Positions 13,487-23,799 of a stretch of DNA of 64,000 bases are shown piece by piece (the stretch's first letter is position 1; each line of letters starts with the position of its first letter). A program made the translations under genes and the position numbers. This stretch comes from an uncultured Gammaproteobacteria bacterium (lineage in GTDB: Bacteria > Pseudomonadota > Gammaproteobacteria > CAWCPV01). The stretch is from NCBI GenBank assembly GCA_963797555.1, contig CAWCPV010000010.1, positions 32,001 to 96,000 on the forward strand. The letters run 5' to 3'. Under the pieces are notes generated by a model that did not search any database, was not told where the DNA came from, and worked only from the letters and a program-made list of their open reading frames with translations.

Positions 13487-14746
13487 CTACGGCAAGGGAG
13501 TGAGGTCGAGTTTGTCAAAGTCGACAGCACGGCGCTGGCGAACGGCGTAAGCAGGCCGGGCAGCCGGCTGCGCACCTGTCTCTATACCATGGACCTGAAC
13601 CTGTGCCGGCCTCAGGGCACTCCAGCTCTTGCATCCGGGACACTGCCAGTAGAGTGCCATGGCCTCGAACCCACAGCGCTCGCAGCGGTAGAGTCCGCGC
13701 TCCGGCAAGAGCCTTTCCACGACCGCCTTGAGGACTAGGAGGGAATCGCGAAGCTCGCCCCCGCTGTTGGTGACGTTCAGGACGATGAGCTGGTGCAGCC
13801 CGCGTAACGAAGGCGATCGTTTCAGCCACTCGGCGATGAACTGTGCCGCTGCATGGTCGCCGCGCTGCTCTCGCAACAGTTCCGTGAGAGCGAGCAAAGG
13901 CGCAACACCGCCATAGGTTGCGAGTATACGCTCCAGATACGGGACCATGGCAGCCGCGTCCCCTAATCGCCGGTAACACGCAAGCATCGGAGCGATCGTC
14001 TCCGAGAGATACCCCGGATCCTGGTACTCGACGCGCTGGTATGCCTCGATGGCTGCATGCCATTCACCACGCGCGCTGGCCAGCTCCGCGCGCATGAGAC
14101 TTGCCCGCACACTCCGTGGATCGCACGCCAGCGCTTCGTCCAGCCGACGCGACACAGACTCCTGATCGCCCTTCTTCGCAGCACAAGCCGCCAGCTCACA
14201 ATAATAGTGGGCGATGGCCGATGACTGTGAGGCGTGGCTCACTTGCTCGAGCTGGTGCGCCGCCCGGATTGCGCTCTCCCAATCCTTCTCCTGCTGATAG
14301 ATATCCATCAGCTGCCGCAGAGCGGGCACCACGTATTCCCGCAGATCGAGCAGCTCGAGGAACAACCCCTCGGCACGATCCAGCAAACCGGCACGCATGT
14401 AATCCAGGCCCAGATCGAGCAGCGCATGCGTGCGTTGCCCGCGGCTCAGCGTTGTGCGGGCGATCAGGTTCTGATGTATGCGGATGGCCCGGTCCACCTC
14501 ACCTCGCCGGCGATAGAGATTCCCCAAAGCCAAGTGAGTCTCGACTGTGTCCCGGTCCACCTCGACCATTTTGATGAACACCTCGATGGCCTTGTCAGGC
14601 TGCTCGTTGAGCAGATAGTTCAGACCGCGGAAGTATTCCGGTGCCATCGAGGCGGCGTGAGCCGCAGCGTGATATTGACGGTCGCGCCGCCCGACCACCC
14701 AGCCGGAGGCCGCGGCAACCGGCAGCAGCAACCACAGCAGATTCAT
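13487..14746 (-). CDS. lapB: Lipopolysaccharide assembly protein B (TPR plus rubredoxin-like domain)
   Basis: N-terminal TM, YFRGLNYLLNEQPDKAI, GEVDRAIRIHQNL, C-terminal CERCGF..WQCPGC. Confidence 0.95.
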   Translation of the reverse strand: MNLLWLLLPVAAASGWVVGRRDRQYHAAAHAASMAPEYFRGLNYLLNEQPDKAIEVFIKMVEVDRDTVETHLALGNLYRRRGEVDRAIRIHQNLIARTTLSRGQRTHALLDLGLDYMRAGLLDRAEGLFLELLDLREYVVPALRQLMDIYQQEKDWESAIRAAHQLEQVSHASQSSAIAHYYCELAACAAKKGDQESVSRRLDEALACDPRSVRASLMRAELASARGEWHAAIEAYQRVEYQDPGYLSETIAPMLACYRRLGDAAAMVPYLERILATYGGVAPLLALTELLREQRGDHAAAQFIAEWLKRSPSLRGLHQLIVLNVTNSGGELRDSLLVLKAVVERLLPERGLYRCERCGFEAMALYWQCPGCKSWSALRPAQVQVHGIETGAQPAARPAYAVRQRRAVDFDKLDLTPLP

Positions 14747-14817
14747 CACGTCCGCTGGCTCCTCACGCCGTGAGGACGTTCTCGATGCCTCGCTGGGCAG
14801 ACGAAAGCCCTCCGCCA

Positions 14818-15105
14818 TTAGCTCTTGGACTTGTCCACGCGTTCCCGGAGATCCTTGCCGGGTCTGAAATGAGGGACATACTTCCCGGGTAAGGGGACCG
14901 GTTCGCCGGTCTTGGGGTTGCGTCCCACACGAGGCGGACGATAGTGTAAGGAGAAACTCCCGAACCCCCGGATCTCGATACGCTCGCCCTTCGCCAACGA
15001 CTCAACCAACTGTTCGATGACGGTCTTCACCGCCAACTCCACATCCTTCGGGAGCAATTGCTGGAGCTTTTGTACGAGCCGCTCTATCAACTCCGACTTG
15101 GTCAT
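14818..15105 (-). CDS. ihfB: Integration host factor beta subunit
   Basis: [35 protein letters not shown]; follows rpsA. Confidence 0.97.
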   Translation of the reverse strand: MTKSELIERLVQKLQQLLPKDVELAVKTVIEQLVESLAKGERIEIRGFGSFSLHYRPPRVGRNPKTGEPVPLPGKYVPHFRPGKDLRERVDKSKS

Positions 15106-15210
15106 GCACTCCCCCCCTGGGCCGCACGAGCACCCGTCTCATCCACAGACGCGCAGTGTGACTGATGAGAGTGGATCAACGAAGAGCGTCAAGGACAGCT
15201 CGCGATGGCT

Positions 15211-16890
15211 TCATGAGCCCTTGTTTTCCATCTGCTCCTTCAGCAGATCCCCGAGGGTGGCACTGCCTGCGCTGCCCGAGCGTGTCGTATAGTCCTGCAC
15301 TGCCTCTGCTTCCTCTTCGCTCTCCTTCGCCTTGATGGACAGCGTGATGGTGCGGTTCTTGCGGTCCACGCCAATGAACTTCGCCTCCAGTTCGTCGCCG
15401 ACCTTGATCATGGTGCGAGCATCCTCGATCCGATCACGGGCCAGTTCGGAGGCACGGAGGTGCCCTTCCACGCCCCCGCCCAGCTGGAGCACGGCTCCCT
15501 TTGCCTCCACCGCCGTCACCAAACCCCTCACGACGCTCCCCTTGGGGTGCTCGGCGACGAAGCTCGCGAACGGGTCCTTGTCTAGCTGTTTAATACCGAG
15601 GGAGATGCGCTCCCGCTCCGGGTCGACCGCGAGCACCACGGCTTCGATTTCGTCGCCCTTCTTGTAGTTTCGCACGGCTTCCTCGCCGGGTTGGGCCCAG
15701 GAGATGTCCGAAAGGTGCACCAAGCCATCGATTCCTCCGTCGAGACCGATGAAGATCCCGAAGTCGGTGATGGACTTGATCTTGCCCGCCACCCGGTCCC
15801 CCTTGTTATGCCCGGCGGCAAACTCGTCCCACGGATTGGGCAGACACTGCTTCATCCCCAGCGAGATGCGGCGGCGCTCCTCGTCGATGTCGAGAACCAT
15901 CACTTCCACTTCGTCTCCGGGCTGCACCATCTTAGCTGGGTTGACGTTCTTGTTGGTCCAATCCATCTCGGAGACGTGCACGAGGCCCTCCACGCCCTCT
16001 TCGATCTCGACGAAGCAGCCATAGTCGGTAATGTTCGTGACCTTGCCGAACAGCCGCGTCTGGGGTGGGTAACGCCGCGCGAGATCCACCCAGGGATCCT
16101 CCTCCAGCTGCTTCAGTCCCAACGAGACGCGCTCGCGTTCGCGATCGAACTTGATGACCTTCACCTCGATCTCATCGCCGACGTCCACTACTTCGGACGG
16201 ATGCTTGACCCGTTTCCATGCCATGTCGGTAATATGCAGCAACCCGTCGAGTCCGCCCAAATCCACGAAGGCGCCGTAGTCCGTCAGGTTCTTGACGACG
16301 CCTTTCAGCACCTGCCCTTCTTCCAGCCGATCGAGCAGGGCCTGGCGCTCGGCACTCGTCTCGCTCTCGACCACCGCGCGCCGTGAGACAACGACGTTGT
16401 TGCGCTTGCGATCCAGCTTGATGACCTTGAATTCCAACTGCTTGCCTTCCAGGTAGGAGGTGTCCCGCACGGGCCGCACGTCCACCAGTGAGCTGGGTAG
16501 GAAGGCACGCACGTCGTCGATGTCCACGGTGTAACCACCCTTGACCTTCCCGCTGAACAGACCCGTTACCGTCTCACCCGTCTCGAACGCGTGCTCCAAG
16601 CGGTTCCATGACTTGGCGCGCTTCGCCTTCTCCCGAGAGAGACGCGTCTCGCCAAAGCCGTTCTCCACAGACTCGACCGAAACTTCGACGTGATCACCCA
16701 CCGCCACGTCCGGCACCCCTTCCTCGTTCAGAAATTCCTCGATGCGGATGATGCCTTCCGACTTTAGGCCGGCGTTTACTACCACCGCCTCCAAGGTCAC
16801 CTCCACCACGGTCGCACGGACTATGGCGCCTGGCTTCAGGTGCCGCGTGTTGAGACTCTCTTCCAGTAGCTCCGCGAAACTTTCGTTCAT
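15211..16890 (-). CDS. rpsA: 30S ribosomal protein S1
   Basis: [12 protein letters not shown]; repeated S1 domains ([24 protein letters not shown]). Confidence 0.98.
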   Translation of the reverse strand: MNESFAELLEESLNTRHLKPGAIVRATVVEVTLEAVVVNAGLKSEGIIRIEEFLNEEGVPDVAVGDHVEVSVESVENGFGETRLSREKAKRAKSWNRLEHAFETGETVTGLFSGKVKGGYTVDIDDVRAFLPSSLVDVRPVRDTSYLEGKQLEFKVIKLDRKRNNVVVSRRAVVESETSAERQALLDRLEEGQVLKGVVKNLTDYGAFVDLGGLDGLLHITDMAWKRVKHPSEVVDVGDEIEVKVIKFDRERERVSLGLKQLEEDPWVDLARRYPPQTRLFGKVTNITDYGCFVEIEEGVEGLVHVSEMDWTNKNVNPAKMVQPGDEVEVMVLDIDEERRRISLGMKQCLPNPWDEFAAGHNKGDRVAGKIKSITDFGIFIGLDGGIDGLVHLSDISWAQPGEEAVRNYKKGDEIEAVVLAVDPERERISLGIKQLDKDPFASFVAEHPKGSVVRGLVTAVEAKGAVLQLGGGVEGHLRASELARDRIEDARTMIKVGDELEAKFIGVDRKNRTITLSIKAKESEEEAEAVQDYTTRSGSAGSATLGDLLKEQMENKGS

Positions 16891-17011
16891 TGCCTCGATT
16901 GCACCCATAATGACAACACTGCGTGGATCCACCGGCGGCCGGAGCCACGATGGTTCCTTAAACAAATAGCCACACCTCGGCGAGCGCCTGCTCCACCGAC
17001 GGCCTGGATAT

Positions 17012-17698
17012 TCACCCTTTCCGGCCGAGCCTTTGGCGTACCAGCGCCATGACAAGCCCTACCACCGCCTCCACTCCGAGGCCGGTAGTATCTACGATGG
17101 ACGCATCGGAGGCCGGCCGCAACGGCGCAATCGCGCGTTGGATATCGCGGGTGTCGCGCTCGACAAGGTCCTGCAATATGCAGCCAAGGTTAGCACCCAT
17201 GCCTAGTTCCTTCAACTGCTTATGGCGTCGCCGCGCACGCTCCTCGGCGGTTGCGGTCAGGAACACTTTGACGTCGGCCTCCGGAAACACCACTGTTCCC
17301 ATGTCCCGCCCGTCTGCAACCAAGCCGGGGGGCAGACGGAATTTGCGCTGGCACTCGAGCAGCGCATCGCGCACTTCCGTCACGGCCGCCAGCCGCGATG
17401 CCAAGCGCGCTATCGCCTCGGCGCGGAGATCCGTAGACACATCGCGGTCACCCCAGAAGACTCGCGCCGGCGCGACACTCGCAGCGTCGGGCTCGAAGCG
17501 CGGATCCAGCCCGCGCGCGAGTGCGCACACGGAGTCTAGATCCTCGTGCGCCAAGCCCTCTCGCTCCACCGCCAGGGCGAGCAGGCGGTATAGGGCGCCA
17601 CTGTCCAGCAGGCGCCACCCGAGTCGACGTGCCACCAAAGTGGCCACGGTGCCCTTCCCTGAGCCACTCGGACCGTCCAAGGTGAGCACTGGGACCAC
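17012..17698 (-). CDS. cmk: Cytidylate kinase
   Basis: [31 protein letters not shown]. Confidence 0.97.
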   Translation of the reverse strand: MVPVLTLDGPSGSGKGTVATLVARRLGWRLLDSGALYRLLALAVEREGLAHEDLDSVCALARGLDPRFEPDAASVAPARVFWGDRDVSTDLRAEAIARLASRLAAVTEVRDALLECQRKFRLPPGLVADGRDMGTVVFPEADVKVFLTATAEERARRRHKQLKELGMGANLGCILQDLVERDTRDIQRAIAPLRPASDASIVDTTGLGVEAVVGLVMALVRQRLGRKG

Positions 17699-17761
17699 AA
17701 GCCGCGGGTTAGGATACCGTACTATCTGCGTCCCTCCCGGGCGACGCCGCGACTGACGCGA

Positions 17762-19093
17762 TCAGGTCTCCTCCACGGTGATACGCAGCCCTGCACCCGT
17801 CGCGACAGACACGAACTTCGGAAAAGAGGTGTCCACGTTGCGGCAGTCCAGGATGCGGACCGGCTCGTTGGCACGCAGGGCCGCGACCGCAAATGCCATG
17901 GCTGCGCGATGGTCGCCGCGGCTGTCCACGGTCGCGCCTCGCAAAGTAGCACTGCCCTGGATAACGATACCGTCCTCTCGGGGATGTGCCTCCACGCCCA
18001 TACGCTGCAGGCCCTCCGCCATCACTTGAATGCGATCGCTCTCCTTCACCCGCAGTTCCCGTGCGCCCTTCAGCACGGTCGTCCCTCGCGCGCAGGCCGC
18101 AGCCACGAATAGCGCGGGAAACTCGTCAATGGCCAGCGGCACCTGTTCCGGCGCGATGGTCACGCCGTGGAGCTGGCTCGTCCTGACGGCAATGTCCGCT
18201 AAGGGCTCACCGCTCGCTTGACGGGGGTTGGAAATCTCGATATCCGCTCCCATCGCGCGCAGGATCTCGATAACCCCGGCGCGGCTCGGGTTGACCCCAA
18301 CACCCTCGAGGACCACGTTTGACGCAGCCCCGATCGCAGCTCCGACCATAAAAAACGCGGCCGAGGACAGGTCGCCGGGAACCTCGATTCGGGCACCTCG
18401 GAGCTGGGCGCCGCCCTGCACGCAGACCGTACTGTCCTCGCGTCGAATGGGGCAGCCAAAGGCCTGCAGCATGCGCTCGGTGTGGTCACGGCTTGGAGAG
18501 GGCTCGGTCACACAGGTCATCCCCCGGGCATACAGGCCAGCTAGCAACACACTGGACTTTACCTGGGCGCTCGCCACGGGCATGTGGTAATGGATCCCGC
18601 GGAGTTCGTCAGTCGGACGAACACTGAGAGGCGCAGTACCGGCCGCCGAGGTTTCGATGCGCGCGCCCATCGCGCCGAGTGGCTCGCTCACGCGACGCAT
18701 CGGCCGGCGCGAGAGCGAGGCATCCCCCTCCAGGGTAACACCGAACCGCTGACCCGCCAGCAGGCCGGCCAACAGGCGCATGGAGGTCCCAGAGTTACCG
18801 AGATAGAGGGGTCCGTCAGGCGGACGCAGGCCGTACCTGCCGACCCCTTGCACCACGAGTCGTCCTCCATCGGGTCCCTGGACGATCGCGCCCATCGCCC
18901 GCAGAGCAGCCAGCGTCGCCAGGGTGTCCTCCCCTTCCAAGAAGCCGTCGATAAGCGTCTCGCCCTCCGCCACGGCACCCAGCATCAGCGCCCGGTGCGA
19001 AATGGACTTGTCTCCCGGGACCTTCAGGCGCCCTTGCACGCGACCCCCGGGAGCCACCCGGAACAGAAGCTGTCCGGCCGGACGCTGCGTCAT
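17762..19093 (-). CDS. aroA: 3-phosphoshikimate 1-carboxyvinyltransferase (EPSP synthase)
   Basis: PGDKSISHR, GNSGTSMR, ASAQVKS, ELRVKESDR, DHR.AM. Confidence 0.97.
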   Translation of the reverse strand: MTQRPAGQLLFRVAPGGRVQGRLKVPGDKSISHRALMLGAVAEGETLIDGFLEGEDTLATLAALRAMGAIVQGPDGGRLVVQGVGRYGLRPPDGPLYLGNSGTSMRLLAGLLAGQRFGVTLEGDASLSRRPMRRVSEPLGAMGARIETSAAGTAPLSVRPTDELRGIHYHMPVASAQVKSSVLLAGLYARGMTCVTEPSPSRDHTERMLQAFGCPIRREDSTVCVQGGAQLRGARIEVPGDLSSAAFFMVGAAIGAASNVVLEGVGVNPSRAGVIEILRAMGADIEISNPRQASGEPLADIAVRTSQLHGVTIAPEQVPLAIDEFPALFVAAACARGTTVLKGARELRVKESDRIQVMAEGLQRMGVEAHPREDGIVIQGSATLRGATVDSRGDHRAAMAFAVAALRANEPVRILDCRNVDTSFPKFVSVATGAGLRITVEET

Positions 19094-20037
19094 GGCTCGG
19101 AGGCATCTCGGTGCTGGGCCGCACTCGCCGGGACGACCTCGCTCAAGCGGTTTCGCGCGGCACGGGCCAGTGCGAACGCAGTCCACAGGCGCCGCCCGTC
19201 AGCGGCGAGTAATGCTTCCTCAAGACCGGTCAACTCCGCCGTGAAACGCCTCAGCACCTTCAACAGGGCGTCACGGTTTGCCAGGCAGATGTCTCGCCAC
19301 AGATCGGGGTCGCTGGCGGCTATGCGCGTGGCATCGCGGAGGCCCCCGGCCGCATAGCGGAACAGCCCGCCGTCCGAGTCCATGCTTGCCAGGGTGTCCA
19401 TCAAAGCATAGGCGATCAAGTGCGGCAGGTGGCTGGTCGCCGCGAGCACCTCATCATGCCGGTGGGGCTCCATCTCCACGACTTCCGCTCCCGCGGCTGT
19501 CCACAGCGCGCAGACCCGGGCCAGGGCTGAGGGATCGGTGCTCGGCAGCGGAGTGAGTACCACGCGGTGAGATCGAAACAGGTTCCGGTCGGAGGCATCC
19601 ACTCCGCTCTTCTCGTTCCCCGCGATGGGATGTCCTGGAACGAACGCCGGCGGCACGTCGCCGAAAGCCTGCCGTGCGGCGTCGATGACGAACAGCTTGG
19701 CGCTGCCGGCGTCCGTCACGACAGCCCCGGGCGCAAGAGAGCCCCTCATGGCCTGGAACACATCAGGCATCGCAGTCAGGGGGACGGACACCAAGACGAG
19801 GTCCGCACCGCGTATCGCGTCCGCAATATCGAATTCGTAGCGGTCGATCACCCCGAGCTGCGCGGCCCTGTCCAGATGCGCACGCTGTCGGCCGCAGCCG
19901 ATAATCTCCCCGCAGACCGCACGCACGGCGCGTGCGAGGGACCCGCCAATGAGCCCGACTCCGATGATGGTCAACCGTTTCGCCACCCAGGGGGCGGCCG
20001 GAGACCGTTCGCAATCGTGGAGCACCACACCTGCCAT
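19090..20037 (-). CDS. tyrA: Prephenate dehydrogenase
   Basis: IIGVGLIGGS, TDAGSAK, GHPIAGNEKSG, HDEVLAATSHLPH, RDATRIAAS. Start uncertain. Confidence 0.93.
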   Translation of the reverse strand: MAGVVLHDCERSPAAPWVAKRLTIIGVGLIGGSLARAVRAVCGEIIGCGRQRAHLDRAAQLGVIDRYEFDIADAIRGADLVLVSVPLTAMPDVFQAMRGSLAPGAVVTDAGSAKLFVIDAARQAFGDVPPAFVPGHPIAGNEKSGVDASDRNLFRSHRVVLTPLPSTDPSALARVCALWTAAGAEVVEMEPHRHDEVLAATSHLPHLIAYALMDTLASMDSDGGLFRYAAGGLRDATRIAASDPDLWRDICLANRDALLKVLRRFTAELTGLEEALLAADGRRLWTAFALARAARNRLSEVVPASAAQHRDASEP

Positions 20038-20040
20038 TGC

Positions 20041-20412
20041 TCAGAGCTCTCGGCCGGGCCCACCAGCACGCCCGCAACGAGCGCTCCAAGGCTTACTGCA
20101 AAGGCGCATTCCCCCTCTTCCCGTCCCGGGCTGGCCCGCGCATGGCGCGACATCCCGCGACCGCCCAGCGGAATAGTTCGGTTTGGCGCTATACACCGCG
20201 AGGCTTCGGCACCACTGCCAAGCGCAGGGCCTCCATCCAGCGAGATCGCCCGCGCTGCCTCCGGAGGCGGTCTTGCGGCGCAGGGGGTTCGGGTTGGGGG
20301 TCGGCTTCGGCATCACGGAGCCGCACTCCCGCTCCAGCGCCTCCGCGGGCTTGCCAAGCTCCTGCCGGCTGAGGGTCCGCGACAGACCCGTGTCAAGCGC
20401 AGGCCGGAGCAT
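20041..20412 (-). pseudogene. hisC: Internally deleted histidinol-phosphate aminotransferase remnant
   Basis: GKPAEALERECG and NPNPL (cf. PGKPIEELERELG..SNENPL), and in another frame PLGGRGMSRHARASPGREEG (cf. PLGGYGMP.HLRVSIG..EEN). Occupies the canonical pheA-hisC-tyrA slot. Confidence 0.65.
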
Positions 20413-21513
20413 TTAGCCCACCGCCCTCGGGTAGGAGCCGAGGACCTTCAGGACGGACGCTTGCTCCGCCAACTCCTGCAGGGCTTCCGCCACGGGCGGG
20501 TCGGCGGCGTGACCCTCGATGTCGATGAAAAACAGGTAGTCCCAGATGCCGCGCCGCGAGGGGCGGGATTCGATGCGGGTCATGCTGATGCCGCAGCGGG
20601 CGAAGGACGCCAGGAGCCGATACAAGGCGCCCGGCCGGTTCGCGGTGGAAAGCATGATGGATGTCTTGTCCTCGCCGCTCGGACGACTTTCCTGCCGCCC
20701 GATGACGAGGAAACGCGTGGTGTTGGTTGGCTCGTCCTCGATATTCGCAGCAAGCACATTCAGTTCATACAGTTCCGCCGCGGTAGCCCCCGCGATCGCG
20801 CCGGCACCCGCCTCCCGGGAGGCTCTGCGCGCAGCCTCTGCGTTGCTACTCACGGGTATGCGCTCGATTCCGGCAAGGTGGGTCTGTAACCACTCGCGGC
20901 ACTGGGCGAGCGACTGCTGATGAGAATACACCCGCGAAAGCTGCGCCAAGCTCTCCTCCTTGGAGAGGACGTGGTGATGGACACGCAGCTCCACCTCGCC
21001 GCAGATCTTGAGCGGCGATAGGACGAAGCGATCCAGAGTGTGGGTGACGACGCCCTCGGTGGAGTTCTCCACTGGTACGACGCCGAAGTGGGCCGCGGCA
21101 GCTTCCACGTCTCGAAACACCTCCTCGATGCTGCCGAGGGGGACGGTCTGCGCCTCGCGACCGAAATGCTTATGCGCGGCGCTCTGGGTGAAGGTGCCGG
21201 GCGGCCCCAGAAAAGCCACCTTCAGCGGCTGCTGGAGCGCCAGACACGCCGACATCACTTCACGAAACAGATGTACCATGACGCCGTTGTCGAGCGGACC
21301 GCGGTTGCGTGCCACGACCCTGCGCAACACCTGGGCCTCGCGCTCCGGCCGGTAGTACGCGTCTTCCTCGCTGCCGCTCTGCTTTAGCCGCGCCACCTGC
21401 TGAGCGCAGGCAGCGCGCTCGGTGATCAGCCGCTGAATCTGCTCGTCCAGCGCGTCGATACGCGTCCGAATGGCTGTGAGCTGATCCTGCTCTGGCACCA
21501 TGAATGCCGTCAA
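20413..21513 (-). CDS. pheA: Chorismate mutase / prephenate dehydratase
   Basis: IRTRIDALD, YYRPEREAQV, GVVPVENSTEG, NTTRFLVIG, IESRPS. Confidence 0.97.
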   Translation of the reverse strand: MTAFMVPEQDQLTAIRTRIDALDEQIQRLITERAACAQQVARLKQSGSEEDAYYRPEREAQVLRRVVARNRGPLDNGVMVHLFREVMSACLALQQPLKVAFLGPPGTFTQSAAHKHFGREAQTVPLGSIEEVFRDVEAAAAHFGVVPVENSTEGVVTHTLDRFVLSPLKICGEVELRVHHHVLSKEESLAQLSRVYSHQQSLAQCREWLQTHLAGIERIPVSSNAEAARRASREAGAGAIAGATAAELYELNVLAANIEDEPTNTTRFLVIGRQESRPSGEDKTSIMLSTANRPGALYRLLASFARCGISMTRIESRPSRRGIWDYLFFIDIEGHAADPPVAEALQELAEQASVLKVLGSYPRAVG

Positions 21514-22676
21514 TCGATAGGGCGAACCGCCAGCACGCCATCAATGCCGGCGATGTCCCGAACCACCGCCTCGGACAGGGGACGGTCTACGTCGGTAAGC
21601 GTATAGGCCATCGTCCCGCGGGACTTGTTCAACATGTCGATGATGTTCAGGCCCGCACGGGCCATCGCCGTCGAGATCTGACCCACCATGTTGGGCACGT
21701 TCGCGTTCACGATAGCGATGCGGAACCCCTCCGTCCGAGGCATGAGCACCTCGGGGAAGTTCACCGAGTTGCGCACGTTGCCGTTCTCGAGATAGTCACG
21801 GAGCTGATCGCAGGCCATGATGGCACAGTTGTCTTCCGCTTCCCGAGTCGAAGCGCCGATGTGGGGCAGTGCCACGACCCGCGGATGTCCTTGAAGACGG
21901 CTGCCCGGAAAATCGCACACGTAGGCATACACCCTGCCGCCGTTGATGGCCTCCAGCACGGCGAGTTCGTCCACGATCTCCTGGCGGGCGAAGTTGAGAA
22001 TCACCACCCCTGGCTTCAGGAGCCTCAATCGGTCGGCGTTGATAAGACTCTTCGTACGCTCGTTCAGAGGTACGTGGAAAGAGATAAAGTCCGAATGCGC
22101 CAGGAGATCATCGACACCGGCCGCCTGCTGCACCTGGGAAGAGAGCTGCCAGGCGCGTTGCACCGTGATGTCCGGGTCGTAGCCAATCACCTTCATGCCG
22201 AGATTAATCGCCACGTTGGCGACCTGAACTCCGATGGCGCCCAGCCCGATGACGCCCAGGGTCCGCCCCGGAAGCTCGAAACCCACGAACTGCTTCTTGC
22301 CCGCCTCGACTTCGCGATATTGGCTGGCGTCATCCCCCTGCAAGGACCGCGCAAAGTCCCATGCCTGGCAGATGTTGCGGCAGGCGAGCAGCATGCCGGC
22401 CACGACCAACTCCTTCACGGCGTTGGCGTTTGCGCCCGGGGCATTGAATACCGCCACCCCACGTCGATCCATGGCCTCGACCGGGATGTTGTTGACCCCA
22501 GCCCCGGCGCGGCCAACCGCCTTCAGGGTCTCGGGGATCTCCATGCGGTGCATGTCGGCGGAGCGCACCAAGATGGCATCGGGATGCCGGATCTCGGACG
22601 CCACCTCATAGCGGTCGCGCGGCAGGCGCTCCAAACCTGCCACCGAGATGTTATTCAATGTGAGAATCTTGAACAT
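21510..22676 (-). CDS. serA: D-3-phosphoglycerate dehydrogenase with ACT domain
   Basis: RAGAGVNNIP, NANAVKEL, GLGAIG, PHIGAST.EAE, NSVNFP; between serC and pheA. Confidence 0.92.
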   Translation of the reverse strand: MFKILTLNNISVAGLERLPRDRYEVASEIRHPDAILVRSADMHRMEIPETLKAVGRAGAGVNNIPVEAMDRRGVAVFNAPGANANAVKELVVAGMLLACRNICQAWDFARSLQGDDASQYREVEAGKKQFVGFELPGRTLGVIGLGAIGVQVANVAINLGMKVIGYDPDITVQRAWQLSSQVQQAAGVDDLLAHSDFISFHVPLNERTKSLINADRLRLLKPGVVILNFARQEIVDELAVLEAINGGRVYAYVCDFPGSRLQGHPRVVALPHIGASTREAEDNCAIMACDQLRDYLENGNVRNSVNFPEVLMPRTEGFRIAIVNANVPNMVGQISTAMARAGLNIIDMLNKSRGTMAYTLTDVDRPLSEAVVRDIAGIDGVLAVRPID

Positions 22677-22716
22677 GTCGTTGTCGGAGCCTGAGTTGGG
22701 CGACCCGCCGCTAACC

Positions 22717-23799
22717 TCAGCCATGGCGGCGTTCGAACCCGGTCATGAAGCTCACCAAGGCGTCCACCCCTTCTTCGGGCATGGCATTATAAATGCTCGC
22801 CCGCATCCCGCCTACGGACCGGTGGCCCCTGAGAGAGACCAGCCCCGCCTCTTTGGCCTGCTTCAGGAAGACATCGTCCAGCTCCGGGCGTGCCAGCGTG
22901 AACGGGACGTTCATCCACGAGCGGCATGCGGGGTCGACTGGGTTGGCATAGAAGTCGGAGCGGTCGATGGCCGCATACAGCTTCTCGGCCTTACGTAGGT
23001 TTCGCTGCGCCATGGGAGCGAGACCTCCCCGGCGTTTCAGCCACTGGAACACCAAGCCCGCGACGTACCACGCGTACGTGGGAGGCGTGTTGTACATGGA
23101 CTGGTGGTCTGCCTGCACGCGGTAGTCGAACATTGCAGGGGTCGCGGGAACGGTCTCACCGATGAGATCATCCCGCACGATCACCACGGTCAAGCCCGCA
23201 GGGCCGATGTTCTTCTGTGCCCCGGCATAGATCACACCGAATCGGGAGACGTCCAGGGGACGCGACAGCAGGGTGGAGGACATGTCCGCGACAAGGGGCA
23301 CGCCTCCCGGCTCCGGGAGCCAATGGAACTCGACTCCCCCGATGGTCTCGTTGGGGGTGTAGTGGACGTAAGCGGCGCCAGGGTCCAGGCGCCAACTGTC
23401 GCGGCGAGGAATGGTGGTAAAGGCGCTTTCCTCGGCGCTCGCCGCCACATTCACGCGACAGAAGCGTTTCCCCTCCCCGATCGCCTTCTGGGACCACAGC
23501 CCGGTATCGATGTAGTCCGCGCTCGCCGCTCCCCGCAGGAGATTCATGGGAACCATGGCGAACTGAGCGGAGGCTCCCCCCTGCAGGAAGAGCACCCGAT
23601 AGCTTTCCGGTATCCCCAGCAGCTCCCGCAAATCCCTCTCGGCACGCTCCGCGATGCCTACGAACTCCTTCCCCCGGTGACTCATCTCCATCACCGACAT
23701 GCCACTGCCGCGCCATTCCGCCAGTTCATCCCGCGCTTGGTGCAGGACCTCTTCGGGCAATACTGCCGGACCTGCGCTGAAGTTGAACACTCGCGCCAT
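22717..23799 (-). CDS. serC: Phosphoserine aminotransferase
   Basis: FNFSAGPA, MEMSHR, LQGGAS, NETIGG, GAQKNIGPAG, NTPP, GHRSVGG. Confidence 0.98.
   Translation of the reverse strand: MARVFNFSAGPAVLPEEVLHQARDELAEWRGSGMSVMEMSHRGKEFVGIAERAERDLRELLGIPESYRVLFLQGGASAQFAMVPMNLLRGAASADYIDTGLWSQKAIGEGKRFCRVNVAASAEESAFTTIPRRDSWRLDPGAAYVHYTPNETIGGVEFHWLPEPGGVPLVADMSSTLLSRPLDVSRFGVIYAGAQKNIGPAGLTVVIVRDDLIGETVPATPAMFDYRVQADHQSMYNTPPTYAWYVAGLVFQWLKRRGGLAPMAQRNLRKAEKLYAAIDRSDFYANPVDPACRSWMNVPFTLARPELDDVFLKQAKEAGLVSLRGHRSVGGMRASIYNAMPEEGVDALVSFMTGFERRHG

Noticed and set aside
13140-13530. pyrF or sugar-dehydrogenase remnant between lapB and manC (AVDFDKL; SGHIRVL)
   Set aside because: Similarity too short to distinguish from chance.
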